Positions 1 through 9,508 are shown, counted from the first letter of the stretch. The stretch is 64,000 nucleotides of DNA from Candidatus Desulfofervidus auxilii (GCF_001577525.1 NZ_CP013015.1:1753751-1817750); one strand, 5' to 3'. Notes: generated by a model from the sequence alone, not told the origin. Translations and numbers: made by a program.

Positions 1-315
1 AGATTTAAAAACGAGAGGCAACTTGCGATCTATTGTGGTGTAGCCTGTATAGATGATGAGTCTGGTAAACACAAAAGGACAAGAGTTGTATATAAGGCTA
101 ATAAGATATGTAAAGCAACTATGATTGAAATTGCGGGCTGCACAATTCGGTATGTTTCAGAATCCGCTACTTACTATGCTAAAAAACGGACTGAAGGGAA
201 AGAGCATAACCATGCCTTGCGCTGCCTTGCTAGACAATTGATAAAAGTTATTTTTAAGATGTTAAAAGAAGATCGAGACTATATCTTAAAGGAGGAAATG
301 GAGAAGGCTGCTTAA
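1..315 (+). CDS. IS110-family transposase, C-terminal portion; the 5' part lies outside the window
   Basis: Open in frame from nt 1 to the TAA at 313-315. The last ~100 aa (..IAGCTIRYVSESATYYAKKRTEGKEHNHALRCLARQLIKVIF..) resemble the C-terminal IS116/IS110/IS902 transposase domain. Confidence 0.6.
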   Translation, partial: RFKNERQLAIYCGVACIDDESGKHKRTRVVYKANKICKATMIEIAGCTIRYVSESATYYAKKRTEGKEHNHALRCLARQLIKVIFKMLKEDRDYILKEEMEKAA

Positions 316-378
316 AAAATATTTCCATTTTTTACTTGACTTTTTAAATGGAAAGTTCAAACCTACAAAATACAGTTA

Positions 379-735
379 AGAAAATAGAAAACGGAAAACA
401 GAAATTCCCAATTTCCAACGTGTTAACTTGCAACTTTTTAACTTGCAAACTTTCTAACTTACAACTTTGTAAACGTGCATAAAGAAGGAAAGGGAAACGG
501 GAAACAGAAAATAGGAAATAGGAAACGGAAAATAGAAAATAGAAAACAGAAAATATAAAATAGAAATTCCCAGTTTCCAATTCCCATTTCCCAGTTCCAA
601 CGTATTAACTTGCAAACTTTCTAACTTGCAACTTTGTAATGCCTCAATCAAAAAGAAAACTAGAATTGACTAGAGACTAAGAACTAGGGACTAAGGACTA
701 AGCACGTCTCATCGTTCTAACGTGCTAACGTTCCA
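379..735. repeat. Dense short tandem-repeat cluster: heptad arrays plus a duplicated ~95-bp unit
   Basis: Read directly. Four heptads RGRAAAY at 379-406 and eleven at 492-568 (GGGAAAC GGGAAAC AGAAAAT AGGAAAT ...). A ~95-bp unit occurs twice, at 379-473 and 529-640, each with three TTAACTTGCAA(A)CTTT-like tandem copies. Five GACTARG heptads at 668-702. Confidence 0.85.
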
Positions 736-788
736 ATTTAACAGAAGGCGATTTTGCATTTTTCAATTTGCATTCTGCATTGAGCCAT

Positions 789-808
789 CCTGCCTGTCGG
801 CAGACAGG
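789..808. repeat. GC-rich REP-like palindromic element CCTGCCTGTCGGCAGACAGG (copy 1)
   Basis: An imperfect 8-bp stem with a 4-nt loop. The same 20-mer or its reverse complement recurs at 20973-20992, 21059-21101, 35097-35152 and 42058-42112. Confidence 0.8.
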
Positions 809-942
809 TGCGCTTAACATTTGGATCTCTGTTAAAATTACTTTGACGAAGTCCTATAATTAAGGTTGGGTATCCTTGACTAAAAGAAATTAGTCGTGAT
901 ATAAAACAAGTAAATAAATATATAAAAACAAGGGCTGGATTT

Positions 943-1410
943 ATGTTATTAACCAAAATGGATAAAAAAATTATTAATGGATTGCAAGGGGACTTACCTA
1001 TAGAATCACGTCCTTTTGCTAGTATTGCCCAAAGATTAGGAATAAAGGAGGAAGAACTATTAAAACACATAAAAAATTTTATAGAAAATGGTATCATTAG
1101 GCGATTTGGAGCAACTATATTCCACCATCGTTCAGGCTTTGAGGCTAACGCTATGGTAGCTTGGAAGGTCCCTTCAGATAGATTAAAAGAAGTGGGGGAA
1201 ATAATGGCTACTTTTCCTGAAGTTACCCATTGTTATGCTCGGATAACTCATTCAAATTGGCCTTATAATCTTTATGCTATGGTCCATGGGCGAACTGAAG
1301 AAGAATGTATTAATATCGTGAAAAAAATTGCTAGGGCTGTTAAAATAAAACATTACCAACTCTTGTTTACAGAAGATACATTCAAACGGACTTCTCCGCA
1401 GTATTTTTAA
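943..1410 (+). CDS. AsnC/Lrp-like protein with similarity to the siroheme decarboxylase AhbA/AhbB/NirD family
   Basis: 155-aa ORF. The N-terminal motif INGLQGDLPIESRPFASIAQRLGIKEEELLKHIKNFIENGIIRRFGA is typical of NirD/AhbB-type AsnC-like proteins. The start could instead be the ATG at 958. Confidence 0.5.
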   Translation: MLLTKMDKKIINGLQGDLPIESRPFASIAQRLGIKEEELLKHIKNFIENGIIRRFGATIFHHRSGFEANAMVAWKVPSDRLKEVGEIMATFPEVTHCYARITHSNWPYNLYAMVHGRTEEECINIVKKIARAVKIKHYQLLFTEDTFKRTSPQYF

Positions 1411-1439
1411 AAAATTGGGGAATGAAAAGGAGGAGAATA

Positions 1440-1643
1440 ATGCCTGACCTTGCTCGTATTTTTAAAGACAAAAAATATATGTGGGATGGAGAAATCTACG
1501 ATACAAAAGACACAGCAGAAGCCACTGCGCTTAAATACCAAGAGGATGGTTTTGAGACGGAAATTATTGAAGAAGAAGGTAAATATCTTATTTATAATCG
1601 ACGTGAAGTAAAAGCAGCAGAACAAAGTTCTACTCCTTCCTAA
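1440..1643 (+). CDS. Hypothetical small acidic protein (67 aa)
   Basis: The ORF carries an AAAGGAGG RBS 6 nt before the ATG at 1440. No recognisable domain. Confidence 0.4.
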   Translation: MPDLARIFKDKKYMWDGEIYDTKDTAEATALKYQEDGFETEIIEEEGKYLIYNRREVKAAEQSSTPS

Positions 1644-1750
1644 AAACAAATTTTGGGATTACCCATTACTGACCACAATGATGCAAATTTTTACTGATAT
1701 CCGTGAAAAACCTGCATCCTGAATTTTATAATGTCTAATTTATGGTAGTT

Positions 1751-1798
1751 TTACCAGGACTTTCCCAGAATTTTTAAAAGCTTTCTGAAAAGAAAGGA
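1751..1798 (+). repeat. Partial copy of the ~250-bp intergenic repeat R2 (left arm)
   Basis: TTACCAGGACTTTCCCAGAATTTTTAAAAGCTTTCTGAAAAGAAAGG matches 35001-35050 and the reverse complement of 23626-23675. Confidence 0.8.
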
Positions 1799-1843
1799 TT
1801 ATCTTCTATATCTTGCCAGGGTCTTTAATTTTTTATCTTTACT

Positions 1844-2092
1844 TTATTGCTTTGATAATACAGTTATTGCCCAGGTAACTCCTGGCCCTTCATAATCTTG
1901 AAGTACCTCTGCAGTAGCTTTGCAAGCATTTTGTCTTCCCAGTCGTGAGAAATGGGTAGGAATTATCCCTGCCTTATGCAAAGCAAGCAATAGCGCATTT
2001 TGTACTTTCACAGCGCTAGCCTTTTGCCCGTTTACCCACACACGCCATCCCTGTTCGTGTTTTTCATGAGATATTGTGATATGTTTCATCAT
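1844..2092 (-). CDS. Hypothetical small protein (82 aa)
   Basis: ORF only, with no recognisable motif. It lies between a repeat and a tRNA. Confidence 0.3.
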   Translation of the reverse strand: MMKHITISHEKHEQGWRVWVNGQKASAVKVQNALLLALHKAGIIPTHFSRLGRQNACKATAEVLQDYEGPGVTWAITVLSKQ

Positions 2093-2154
2093 AACAGGAT
2101 TGATAAAATTAATATTAAATTGGTGATTGTCAAATTAAAGTTAGAAAGAAAATA

Positions 2155-2243
2155 TGGTGCCCGGGGCGGGAATTGAACCCGCACGGGGACAAAGCCCCAA
2201 GGGATTTTAAGTCCCTTGCGTCTGCCTATTCCGCCACCCGGGC
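2155..2243 (-). tRNA. tRNA-Leu (anticodon TAA), encoded CCA, long variable arm
   Basis: Reverse complement reads GCCCGGGTGGCGGAATAGGCAGACGCAAGGGACTTAAAATCCCTTGGGGCTTTGTCCCCGTGCGGGTTCAATTCCCGCCCCGGGCACCA. A 7-bp acceptor stem, anticodon loop CTTAAAA, and a T-arm GGTTCAATTCC. Confidence 0.85.
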
Positions 2244-2303
2244 CTCCTTATCTCTCTTTATATAAAACTGTTTAATTCTTTTTGTCAACTGTTGGCAAAA
2301 TAA

Positions 2304-3059
2304 CTATAATTCAAGTTCAGCCATTACTGGAAAATGATCAGAGGGATAAACATCAAAAGGAGTTTGTTTTAGTATTTTAGCCTTTTTTATAATTACCTCT
2401 GAAGAAACCAAAATCCAATCTATTCTACCCCTCATTCCTCTACCAGTAAAACCATGAAAGGTATGTTCCTCTGGTAGTTCAAGCCATTTCCACACATCTA
2501 TAAATTTTTCTGTCAAAACAGTGTAAATTGGGCTGGTAGAAGTGGTATTAAAATCACCAACCAAAATCATGGGATAGGATTTATGGTTAACTTTCTCAAT
2601 TTCTCTCAACAATATAGTTGTCTGCTTCAATCTCACTTCTTCTGATGCTAGGTCTAAATGTGCGTTTATAAATAAAAATGGGGTGTTGGCCTTTTGGGCT
2701 ATCACATAAGTAGTGCTCCTAGGAAATATACTTCCTGATACTTTGCTAAAAGGAATAACAGGAGTGGGTGATAACCAAAGAGTATTGCTTTCCCTTATAT
2801 TTATATCTTCCCTCACCCAAACACAAGGAAACATCCTTTTTCTATTCCACTCAGGCGCAGATACATAATACTTATATTGAGGTAATAGGGTTTTAAGTTC
2901 ATTTATTTGGTCTTCCCAACCCTCTTGACTACCAAAAATATCAGGGTTAACTTCTTTTATCAAAGTGGCTAAGGATTTTTTTCTAAAACACCATCGATTA
3001 GGGCCATCTTTAGGATTATCATAACGGATGTTAACACTCATTACTCTTAAAGAGGTCAT
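2304..3059 (-). CDS. Endonuclease/exonuclease/phosphatase (EEP)-family protein
   Basis: 251 aa. Contains VGDFNT..., SDHFPV and an N-terminal MSVNIRYD, as in the EEP superfamily. Confidence 0.65.
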   Translation of the reverse strand: MTSLRVMSVNIRYDNPKDGPNRWCFRKKSLATLIKEVNPDIFGSQEGWEDQINELKTLLPQYKYYVSAPEWNRKRMFPCVWVREDINIRESNTLWLSPTPVIPFSKVSGSIFPRSTTYVIAQKANTPFLFINAHLDLASEEVRLKQTTILLREIEKVNHKSYPMILVGDFNTTSTSPIYTVLTEKFIDVWKWLELPEEHTFHGFTGRGMRGRIDWILVSSEVIIKKAKILKQTPFDVYPSDHFPVMAELEL

Positions 3060-3179
3060 ATTTCATTTAAACCCAAAATTCTTTTTTTATCAAGGATGGT
3101 TAAATTCCTCGAATTGCTTATTTACACCAGAAGAGTTTTACTTTATATATTAAAAAGAAATTTTTTAAGTGAGGCAAAA

Positions 3180-3950
3180 ATGCTTTACATACAAAACTTA
3201 CATGTAGAGGTAGAAGGCAAAGAGGTCATTCATGGTCTCAACCTGGAAATAAGGCCTAGTGAAGTGCATTGTCTTCTAGGTCCTAATGGGTCTGGAAAGA
3301 CTACGCTACTTATGACTATTATGGGATTCTCTGGTTATAAGGTAACAAAAGGCAATATATTCTTTAAGGGTACAGATATTACCCAGCTATCTGTTGATGA
3401 GCGAGTTAAAATGGGCATAGGTATTTCTTTCCAACGCCCTCCTAGTATTCCTGGAGTAAAGTTATTGCAGTTGGTTGAACTGTGTAAACGATTTAAAAAA
3501 GATGTTATGAGTATGGCCCAGGAGTTGAATTTAGTAGATTTCTTGGAGAGAGATATTAATGTAGGTTTCTCTGGAGGCGAAATTAAACGTTCGGAATTAC
3601 TTCAATTATGGGCTCAGAATCCTGATTTGGTCTTACTGGATGAGCCAGAATCAGGTGTGGATGTGGAAAATATTATTCTTATTGGCCGTATCATAAATAA
3701 AATTTTAGAGCGAAATGAACTAGGAATACCCTTAGGAGAAACCAGGGCAGAAATTAAGAAAAAAAGGCGTAAATCAGGTTTGGTGATCACCCATACGGGC
3801 ACAATTTTAAATTATGTCCATGCAGACAAAGGGCATGTTTTGGTGGAGGGACGATTGGCTTGCAGTGGGAATCCCTATGAGATATTTCGCTATATCAGGG
3901 AAAAGGGATATGAAGAATGTGTAAAGTGTGCTTGGCAGGCAAGGAGATGA
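3180..3950 (+). CDS. sufC: Fe-S cluster assembly ATPase SufC
   Basis: Walker A GPNGSGKTTL, ABC signature FSGGE, Walker B LVLLDEPESGVD. The start was moved to the internal ATG MLYIQNLHVEV. Confidence 0.85.
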   Translation: MLYIQNLHVEVEGKEVIHGLNLEIRPSEVHCLLGPNGSGKTTLLMTIMGFSGYKVTKGNIFFKGTDITQLSVDERVKMGIGISFQRPPSIPGVKLLQLVELCKRFKKDVMSMAQELNLVDFLERDINVGFSGGEIKRSELLQLWAQNPDLVLLDEPESGVDVENIILIGRIINKILERNELGIPLGETRAEIKKKRRKSGLVITHTGTILNYVHADKGHVLVEGRLACSGNPYEIFRYIREKGYEECVKCAWQARR

Positions 3951-3951
3951 T

Positions 3952-5169
3952 ATGACTAATAAATTGAGGGAAATTAATGAGCGGGCTAAAAAGGCTTTAA
4001 GAAAAAAGGCTATTTATGGACCAGATATAGACATCAAAAAATTTCACCAAAAAGCCGAAAAACCACAGATTGACATAAATCATCTTCCTGAAGAAGAACA
4101 AAAAAGAATGTTAGAATCTGGTATTGACCCCACTGCCAAAGAAAGAAGCGGCTCTTTTATTCAAATTGACCATACGGTAACTCATTACCAAGTAGTCCAA
4201 GAAGGTATAGAAATCATGAGCACTGATGAGGCCTTAACTAAATATGACTGGATGGTGGATTACTGGTGGAAGGCCTTGCCCGTAGATACTGATAAATACA
4301 CCGCCCATATAGAATTGCATCAAAATCATGGATATTTTATTAGGGTATTGCCAGGGGTAAAAACAGCCTTTCCTCTACAGGCTTGTTTATTTATGGCTCA
4401 AGAACATCTTAATCAAGCAGTGCATAATATTATTATCTGTGAAGAGGGTTCAGAATTGAGTGTCATTACCGGTTGTGCCACTTCCCATAAAGTAAGGACA
4501 GGACTTCATATTGGTGCATCTGAATTTTTTATTAAAAAAGGTGCTATTTGTAATTTTACTATGATTCACAATTGGGCTGAAGAAATGGCGGTTAGGCCGC
4601 GCACTGGTATCATCGTGGAAGAAGGAGGGGCATTTGTATCTAATTATATTTGTTTGAAAAGAGTGGCTGATTTGCAAACGTTTCCCACCGCATATTTACA
4701 TAAAGATGCAGTAGCTGAATTTAATACTATTTTAGTGGCACCGCCAGGGTCTTACCTTGATACTGGTGCTAGGGTGTTCCTACAAGGAGAAAATAGCCGC
4801 GCAGAGGTGGTTTCCAGAAGCATAACTATTGGGGGAACTATTATTGCTAGAGGACATCTCATTGGTCAAACTCCTAATATTAAAGCCCACTTAGAATGTA
4901 AAGGTCTCATTCTCTCTGAAAAAGGAGTTATTCACGCCATTCCCGAACTAGAAGGGCGTGTTTCTGGAGTAGAAATGTCCCATGAGGCGGCTGTGGGGAA
5001 AATTGCGCAGGAGCAAATAGAATATCTAATGGCTCGAGGATTAAGCCAAAGCGAAGCTACTTCTCTTATTGTAAGGGGATTTTTGCGAGTGGATATAAAA
5101 GGTTTACCACCAGAATTAAAGGCTGAATTAGATAAGGCCATAGAGGCTACTGAAAAGGATATGATGTAG
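3952..5169 (+). CDS. Fe-S cluster assembly protein of the SufB/SufD family
   Basis: ~405 aa and immediately downstream of sufC. The ATG sits 1 nt after the sufC stop, with an AAGGAGA RBS. Carries the SufBD beta-helix region. Confidence 0.75.
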   Translation: MTNKLREINERAKKALRKKAIYGPDIDIKKFHQKAEKPQIDINHLPEEEQKRMLESGIDPTAKERSGSFIQIDHTVTHYQVVQEGIEIMSTDEALTKYDWMVDYWWKALPVDTDKYTAHIELHQNHGYFIRVLPGVKTAFPLQACLFMAQEHLNQAVHNIIICEEGSELSVITGCATSHKVRTGLHIGASEFFIKKGAICNFTMIHNWAEEMAVRPRTGIIVEEGGAFVSNYICLKRVADLQTFPTAYLHKDAVAEFNTILVAPPGSYLDTGARVFLQGENSRAEVVSRSITIGGTIIARGHLIGQTPNIKAHLECKGLILSEKGVIHAIPELEGRVSGVEMSHEAAVGKIAQEQIEYLMARGLSQSEATSLIVRGFLRVDIKGLPPELKAELDKAIEATEKDMM

Positions 5170-5175
5170 CTTGTT

Positions 5176-6594
5176 ATGGAAGCAAAAAATATGTTATTGC
5201 GACAGATACCTTCCGTGGACCATGTCTTGGGACAGGAATCCTTAAGGTCTATTCTAAACCATTATCCTCGACAGATGGTAGTAGATGCAGTAAGAAAAGT
5301 TTTAGATAGACAACGAAAACAAGTATTAAGAGGGGAATTAGTTACCATAAGTCACCAAGAAATCTTAAGTCAAATTACTGCTGAAGTTAAGAAAAAAGGA
5401 GAAAACCAACTTAAACCTGTTATCAACGCTACTGGAGTGGTAGTGCATACCAATCTGGGACGTTCTCTGTTAGCCCAAAAGGCCATTGAACATTTAGTAG
5501 AAGTTGCCCAGCACTATAATAATCTGGAATACGACTTAGAACAAGGTAAACGTGGTAGTCGTTATAGCCATGTTGAAACCTTGCTTTGCGAACTTACCGG
5601 AGCAGAAGCGTCTATGGTAGTAAATAACAATGCTGGTGCGGTGTTTTTGACCTTGAATACTTTAGCCTGTGGTAAAAAAGTAATTGTTTCTCGTGGAGAA
5701 TTGATAGAAATAGGAGGTTCTTTTCGTATTCCTGATGTAATGGCTAGAAGTGGGGCCATTCTCACAGAGGTGGGCACCACTAATCGCACCCATATTTATG
5801 ATTATGAACAAGCCATTGATGAACAAACTGCCCTTATTATGAAGGTGCATAAAAGTAATTATAAAATCATAGGATTCACTAAAGAGGTAGGATTAGAAGA
5901 ATTGGTAACTTTAGGACAAAAACACAATTTGCCTGTAATTGAAGACTTAGGAAGCGGTAACTTTGTGGATTTAACTAAATATGGTTTAGAAAAAGAACCT
6001 CTGGTTCAGAAAAGCATAGCCGCTGGAGTAGATATAGTTAGTTTTAGCGGGGATAAACTTTTGGGTGGTCCCCAGGCTGGTATTATCTTGGGTAAAAGGA
6101 AATTTATTGAGCCTATTAAGAAAAATCCATTAAATCGGGCCTTAAGGATAGATAAACTTACCCTGGCAGGTCTAGAAAGCACCTTAAGACTTTATCAGGA
6201 TGAAAAACAGGCCTTAAAAGAAATTCCTACTTTACGCCTTCTCACTTTTCCTCCAGCTTATTTAAGACGACAAGCATTCCGTTTAAAAAAACTCATCCAA
6301 AATAGTTTTGATGAAAAAATACTCAAGGTAGGGATTAAACGCAGTGTCTCTAAAGTAGGAGGAGGGGCTTTACCAGGACAGGAATTACCCACTTTTGTAG
6401 TGGTTATCAAGCCTGCTCATATTTCTGTGTTAGAATTGGAACAAAGGTTACGAGTTGCTAGACCCCCTTTGGTGGCGCGTATAGAAGAAGACCTTCTATG
6501 TTTGGATGTGAGAACTATTCAAAATGATGAGCTAAAGCTTATTCCTCAAATAATTAAGCAGGCTTTAGATAAAGGTCATGATCAAGGAAATTGA
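5176..6594 (+). CDS. selA: L-seryl-tRNA(Sec) selenium transferase (selenocysteine synthase)
   Basis: An N-terminal LRQIPSVDHVL, and a PLP lysine region SFSGDKLLGGPQAGII, typical of SelA. The start may be the ATG at 5191. Confidence 0.85.
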   Translation: MEAKNMLLRQIPSVDHVLGQESLRSILNHYPRQMVVDAVRKVLDRQRKQVLRGELVTISHQEILSQITAEVKKKGENQLKPVINATGVVVHTNLGRSLLAQKAIEHLVEVAQHYNNLEYDLEQGKRGSRYSHVETLLCELTGAEASMVVNNNAGAVFLTLNTLACGKKVIVSRGELIEIGGSFRIPDVMARSGAILTEVGTTNRTHIYDYEQAIDEQTALIMKVHKSNYKIIGFTKEVGLEELVTLGQKHNLPVIEDLGSGNFVDLTKYGLEKEPLVQKSIAAGVDIVSFSGDKLLGGPQAGIILGKRKFIEPIKKNPLNRALRIDKLTLAGLESTLRLYQDEKQALKEIPTLRLLTFPPAYLRRQAFRLKKLIQNSFDEKILKVGIKRSVSKVGGGALPGQELPTFVVVIKPAHISVLELEQRLRVARPPLVARIEEDLLCLDVRTIQNDELKLIPQIIKQALDKGHDQGN

Positions 6595-6958
6595 AATCTA
6601 CATAAAAAAGGCCTTAAAGGCACTTCCTAAATTTTTACGACATGATGCCATTGTGGCTGAAACTATAAAATGTGCCCTATTTCAATGGGTTTGGGAAAAC
6701 AAATTGGTCCCTGTCCCTAATTATAAGCCACCACATAGGTCGGAAGAACCTTTGGCCTTAGTAGCCTTAAATAACAAAGGAGAGATTGTTTATGGATTTG
6801 CGGTTGCCCCAGTAGTTACCTTGAGTGGTGTAAAGACCCTTAAAGCCATAGAGGCAAAGACTAAATATTTCATCACTTTTTCGTCTCTAAAGAAAAAAGT
6901 AGAAGAGAGTAAGTTTTTCTTAGATGCAGAAGTAATTCACTTGCACATAGAGAATTAG
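6578..6958 (+). CDS. Hypothetical protein (126 aa)
   Basis: ORF overlapping the selA stop. No recognisable domain. Confidence 0.3.
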   Translation: MIKEIEIYIKKALKALPKFLRHDAIVAETIKCALFQWVWENKLVPVPNYKPPHRSEEPLALVALNNKGEIVYGFAVAPVVTLSGVKTLKAIEAKTKYFITFSSLKKKVEESKFFLDAEVIHLHIEN

Positions 6959-7581
6959 ACTTTTTGATATTCATCACACCATTTATGCAAGGGGCATTTG
7001 TTACACTGAGGTTTTCGTGCCTTACAGATACGGCGGCCATGCCAGGTTAATTGAAGGGAAAATTTAGTCCATTTTTCTTTAGGAATTAACTGCATCAAGT
7101 CTTTCTCTATCTTTAAAGCATCTTGATGCTTAGTAAGTCCTAATCGTTTTGCTACTCTCCTTACATGAGTATCCACTACAATTCCTGGTATATCAAATGC
7201 ATTCCCCAAAACTACATTGGCCGTCTTTCTTCCTATACCAGGCAACTTGGTCAATATTTCTAAATTTGCAGGCACCTGACCATGGTATTTTTCTACCAAC
7301 ACCTGACAGCACTCTTTTATATGCTTAGCCTTATTTTTATAAAAGCCTGTGGGTTTAATATCTTCTTCCAGTGTTTTTAAATCAGCCGTAGCATAATCCT
7401 TGGCTGTAGGATATTTCTTAAATAGATAAGGAGTTATTTGGTTAACCCTTTCATCAGTGCATTGGGCAGAAAGAATAGTAGCTATAAGCAATTCTAAGGG
7501 ATTGGTATAATTTAAGGCCACCCTTACATTAGGATAATGCTCATCCAGTATCTTAAGGATATTTTTAACCTTTTCTTTCAC
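6955..7581 (-). CDS. nth: Endonuclease III (DNA glycosylase/AP lyase)
   Basis: HhH-GPD motif LPGIGRKTANVVL, and a C-terminal 4Fe-4S cluster CKARKPQCNKCPLHKWC. Confidence 0.85.
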   Translation of the reverse strand: MKEKVKNILKILDEHYPNVRVALNYTNPLELLIATILSAQCTDERVNQITPYLFKKYPTAKDYATADLKTLEEDIKPTGFYKNKAKHIKECCQVLVEKYHGQVPANLEILTKLPGIGRKTANVVLGNAFDIPGIVVDTHVRRVAKRLGLTKHQDALKIEKDLMQLIPKEKWTKFSLQLTWHGRRICKARKPQCNKCPLHKWCDEYQKV

Positions 7582-7627
7582 AGAATCATTTTTATCAAAA
7601 AGAAAGAGAGGTTGTCAATGATTCTAA

Positions 7628-7662
7628 TTAAAAAAAGCCTGCCCAAAGGCAGGCTTTTTAGA
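7628..7662. terminator. Bidirectional rho-independent terminator-like hairpin
   Basis: AAAAAAAGCCTGCCCAAAGGCAGGCTTTTT. A 7-bp GC stem flanked by an A-run and a T-run. It lies downstream of the minus-strand csp gene. Confidence 0.6.
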
Positions 7663-7674
7663 GCTATGTTGAGC

Positions 7675-7878
7675 CTATAAACGAATAACCTTTGAGGCTT
7701 GCAATCCTTTTGGAGATTCTACTACTTCAAACTCAACTTCTTGTCCTTCTTTTAAAGTTTTATACCCTTCACCTTCAATAGCTGAAAAATGCACAAACAC
7801 ATCTGTTCCATCATCACGCTGGATAAAACCATAGCCCTTGTTGTCATTAAACCACTTCACCTTACCTTTAAACTTCAT
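7675..7878 (-). CDS. Cold-shock protein (CspA family)
   Basis: 67 aa. [12 protein letters not shown] (RNP1) and VFVHFSAI (RNP2). Confidence 0.9.
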   Translation of the reverse strand: MKFKGKVKWFNDNKGYGFIQRDDGTDVFVHFSAIEGEGYKTLKEGQEVEFEVVESPKGLQASKVIRL

Positions 7879-8092
7879 CTAATCCTCCTCCAAAATAAAA
7901 TCCGCCACTTTCTAACTTGGCCTTTATTTTTCTAGCATCAGTTTTAGAACCTGTCAATAAATAAATTGTTTGGACATTCCACTTTTCTATTTTATCACTT
8001 CAAACTTGCAGACACCTTCACTCTTCTGAGAAAATTCCTCTACCTTCTTGAATAAAATCTGAGATAAATTTATTTTAAAAAGTTGTTTTTTT

Positions 8093-8296
8093 CTAACCTG
8101 CCAGTTTATATCCTCCTACCCCAGCAGACTTGCCTGCCCCTACAATCTTTCCTTCTTGCTCCAATTCTCTGATTAATTTCATCACTAGTTTTCTGTCTAA
8201 CCCTGTCCCTTTCTTAATATCCGCCTGGGTAGCTACCCCTTTTCCGCTAACACCCTTCAAAAAATCTAAAATTTTTTGTTTTGCTTCTTCACTCAT
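8093..8296 (-). CDS. Small winged-helix DNA-binding-like protein (67 aa)
   Basis: GVATQADIKKGTGLDRKLVMKLIRELEQEGKI resembles a winged-helix/MarR-like recognition helix. Weak. Confidence 0.4.
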   Translation of the reverse strand: MSEEAKQKILDFLKGVSGKGVATQADIKKGTGLDRKLVMKLIRELEQEGKIVGAGKSAGVGGYKLAG

Positions 8297-8500
8297 TTTC
8301 TGCTCCTTTCAAAAGTTTATTATACATATCTTACTTCCCTTTCAAAGTCAAGATTTTTTCATTTACATTCTTTGTCAGTAAATGATTTAAATACGTCATG
8401 CTTTTTTAAGAAGTTCTGAGATTAACTAAAGAAACAAAAAATACAACTACCCTTTTTAACTATCCTCCAATCATCACTGTATAAAGGAGACCAATCAAAC

Positions 8501-9508
8501 TTAGAAAAATTTCTTAAAGTGTTTTGACTGTTTAGGATAGACTATTTTCCGCAAATAGGATTCTTTATTTGCTAGGCTGGCTATCACCCACATGTGTTTA
8601 TTATAGATGTGGGCATCTGCTTGGGAAACAAAAAATATCTGATCACCCTCAACCCAATATTCTCCTTGTTTTCTTTTCAGAAAATCAACAAGATCACTAA
8701 TCTCAGATATAAGTGCCCTCTTTATTTTAAAAAATTCCAGCAAATTTGGGAGAGTAGAGTTTTTCCACCTATAATAATCTTTCAATGCATATTTTCTGGA
8801 ACTATCAGGGAGGTTTAGATCAGGTATCTCTTTACCTAATTTTTCGCAACGTTCTTTAAACAGGACTTCATACCTGTCAAGAATATGGCGTATTTCATTT
8901 AATTTCACCGGGGCGAGCATAATATCTACAGGGTCTGCTAGGGTTTGGGGGGCAAGTATAGACTCTATATCTTTTTGTTCAATTTCCTTATCCATTTTGG
9001 CAAAATCTTTTTGAAGTTGGATTAAATAACTGTTTATGTGTTTCAAAATTGGGCTCATTTGGCCATAGGTTTTATAATCAAATTCTTTTTGTTTTATTTT
9101 CTGATTCCTAACATAGTCATTAAATATAGAAAAAAGGGTTTTTGTAGTATTTTTAGTTACACAGGTTTCTCTTAGTATGGTTTGCTGACTCAATATAATT
9201 AAAACTATGATAGATAAACATAGGAACACCATAGTCTTCTTTTTTTTGAGAATAAATTCCCAAAAACCTGACTTTGTTTTTTTAGGATAGGGATCCAGAA
9301 TATTTCCCTCTTTTTGTTTTATATTTGATAGGACTGCCTGAAAATCTGCAAATTCAGAAGCTTTTTGCCACATCAAGTCTTTTTCATTATAAAGGAGAGT
9401 ATCTTCTTTGATTTGCCCTGACTCCACCAATTCAATAAATGAGATAATATCCTCAATTTTGCACTCTTTTCCTTCTTGATTGATAAATTTGGAAATCATA
9501 GCAAACAC
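8501..9508 (-). CDS. Hypothetical membrane protein with an N-terminal GYF-like (DUF4339-type) segment
   Basis: 335 aa and one predicted TM segment (VFLCLSIIVLIILS). The N-terminus ISFIELVESGQIKEDTLLYNEKDLMWQKASEF resembles DUF4339. Confidence 0.4.
   Translation of the reverse strand: MFAMISKFINQEGKECKIEDIISFIELVESGQIKEDTLLYNEKDLMWQKASEFADFQAVLSNIKQKEGNILDPYPKKTKSGFWEFILKKKKTMVFLCLSIIVLIILSQQTILRETCVTKNTTKTLFSIFNDYVRNQKIKQKEFDYKTYGQMSPILKHINSYLIQLQKDFAKMDKEIEQKDIESILAPQTLADPVDIMLAPVKLNEIRHILDRYEVLFKERCEKLGKEIPDLNLPDSSRKYALKDYYRWKNSTLPNLLEFFKIKRALISEISDLVDFLKRKQGEYWVEGDQIFFVSQADAHIYNKHMWVIASLANKESYLRKIVYPKQSKHFKKFF

Noticed and set aside
344-651. Minus-strand ORFs 344-580 and 454-651 (FLFSV... 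repetitive proteins)
   Set aside because: Their translations simply mirror the heptad and 16-mer tandem DNA repeats and have no start context. They are artefacts of the repeat array.
379-735. Possibility that the tandem repeats are a CRISPR array
   Set aside because: The units are 7 or 16 nt with no unique spacers between them. There are no cas genes and no repeat-spacer periodicity of 28-37 plus 30-40 nt.
738-1097. Minus-strand ORF of 119 aa
   Set aside because: It overlaps the better-supported plus-strand AsnC-like gene and the GC-rich palindrome, and has low-complexity composition.
8130-8381. Plus-strand 83-aa ORF
   Set aside because: It is antisense to the 8093-8296 gene and has no RBS or motif.
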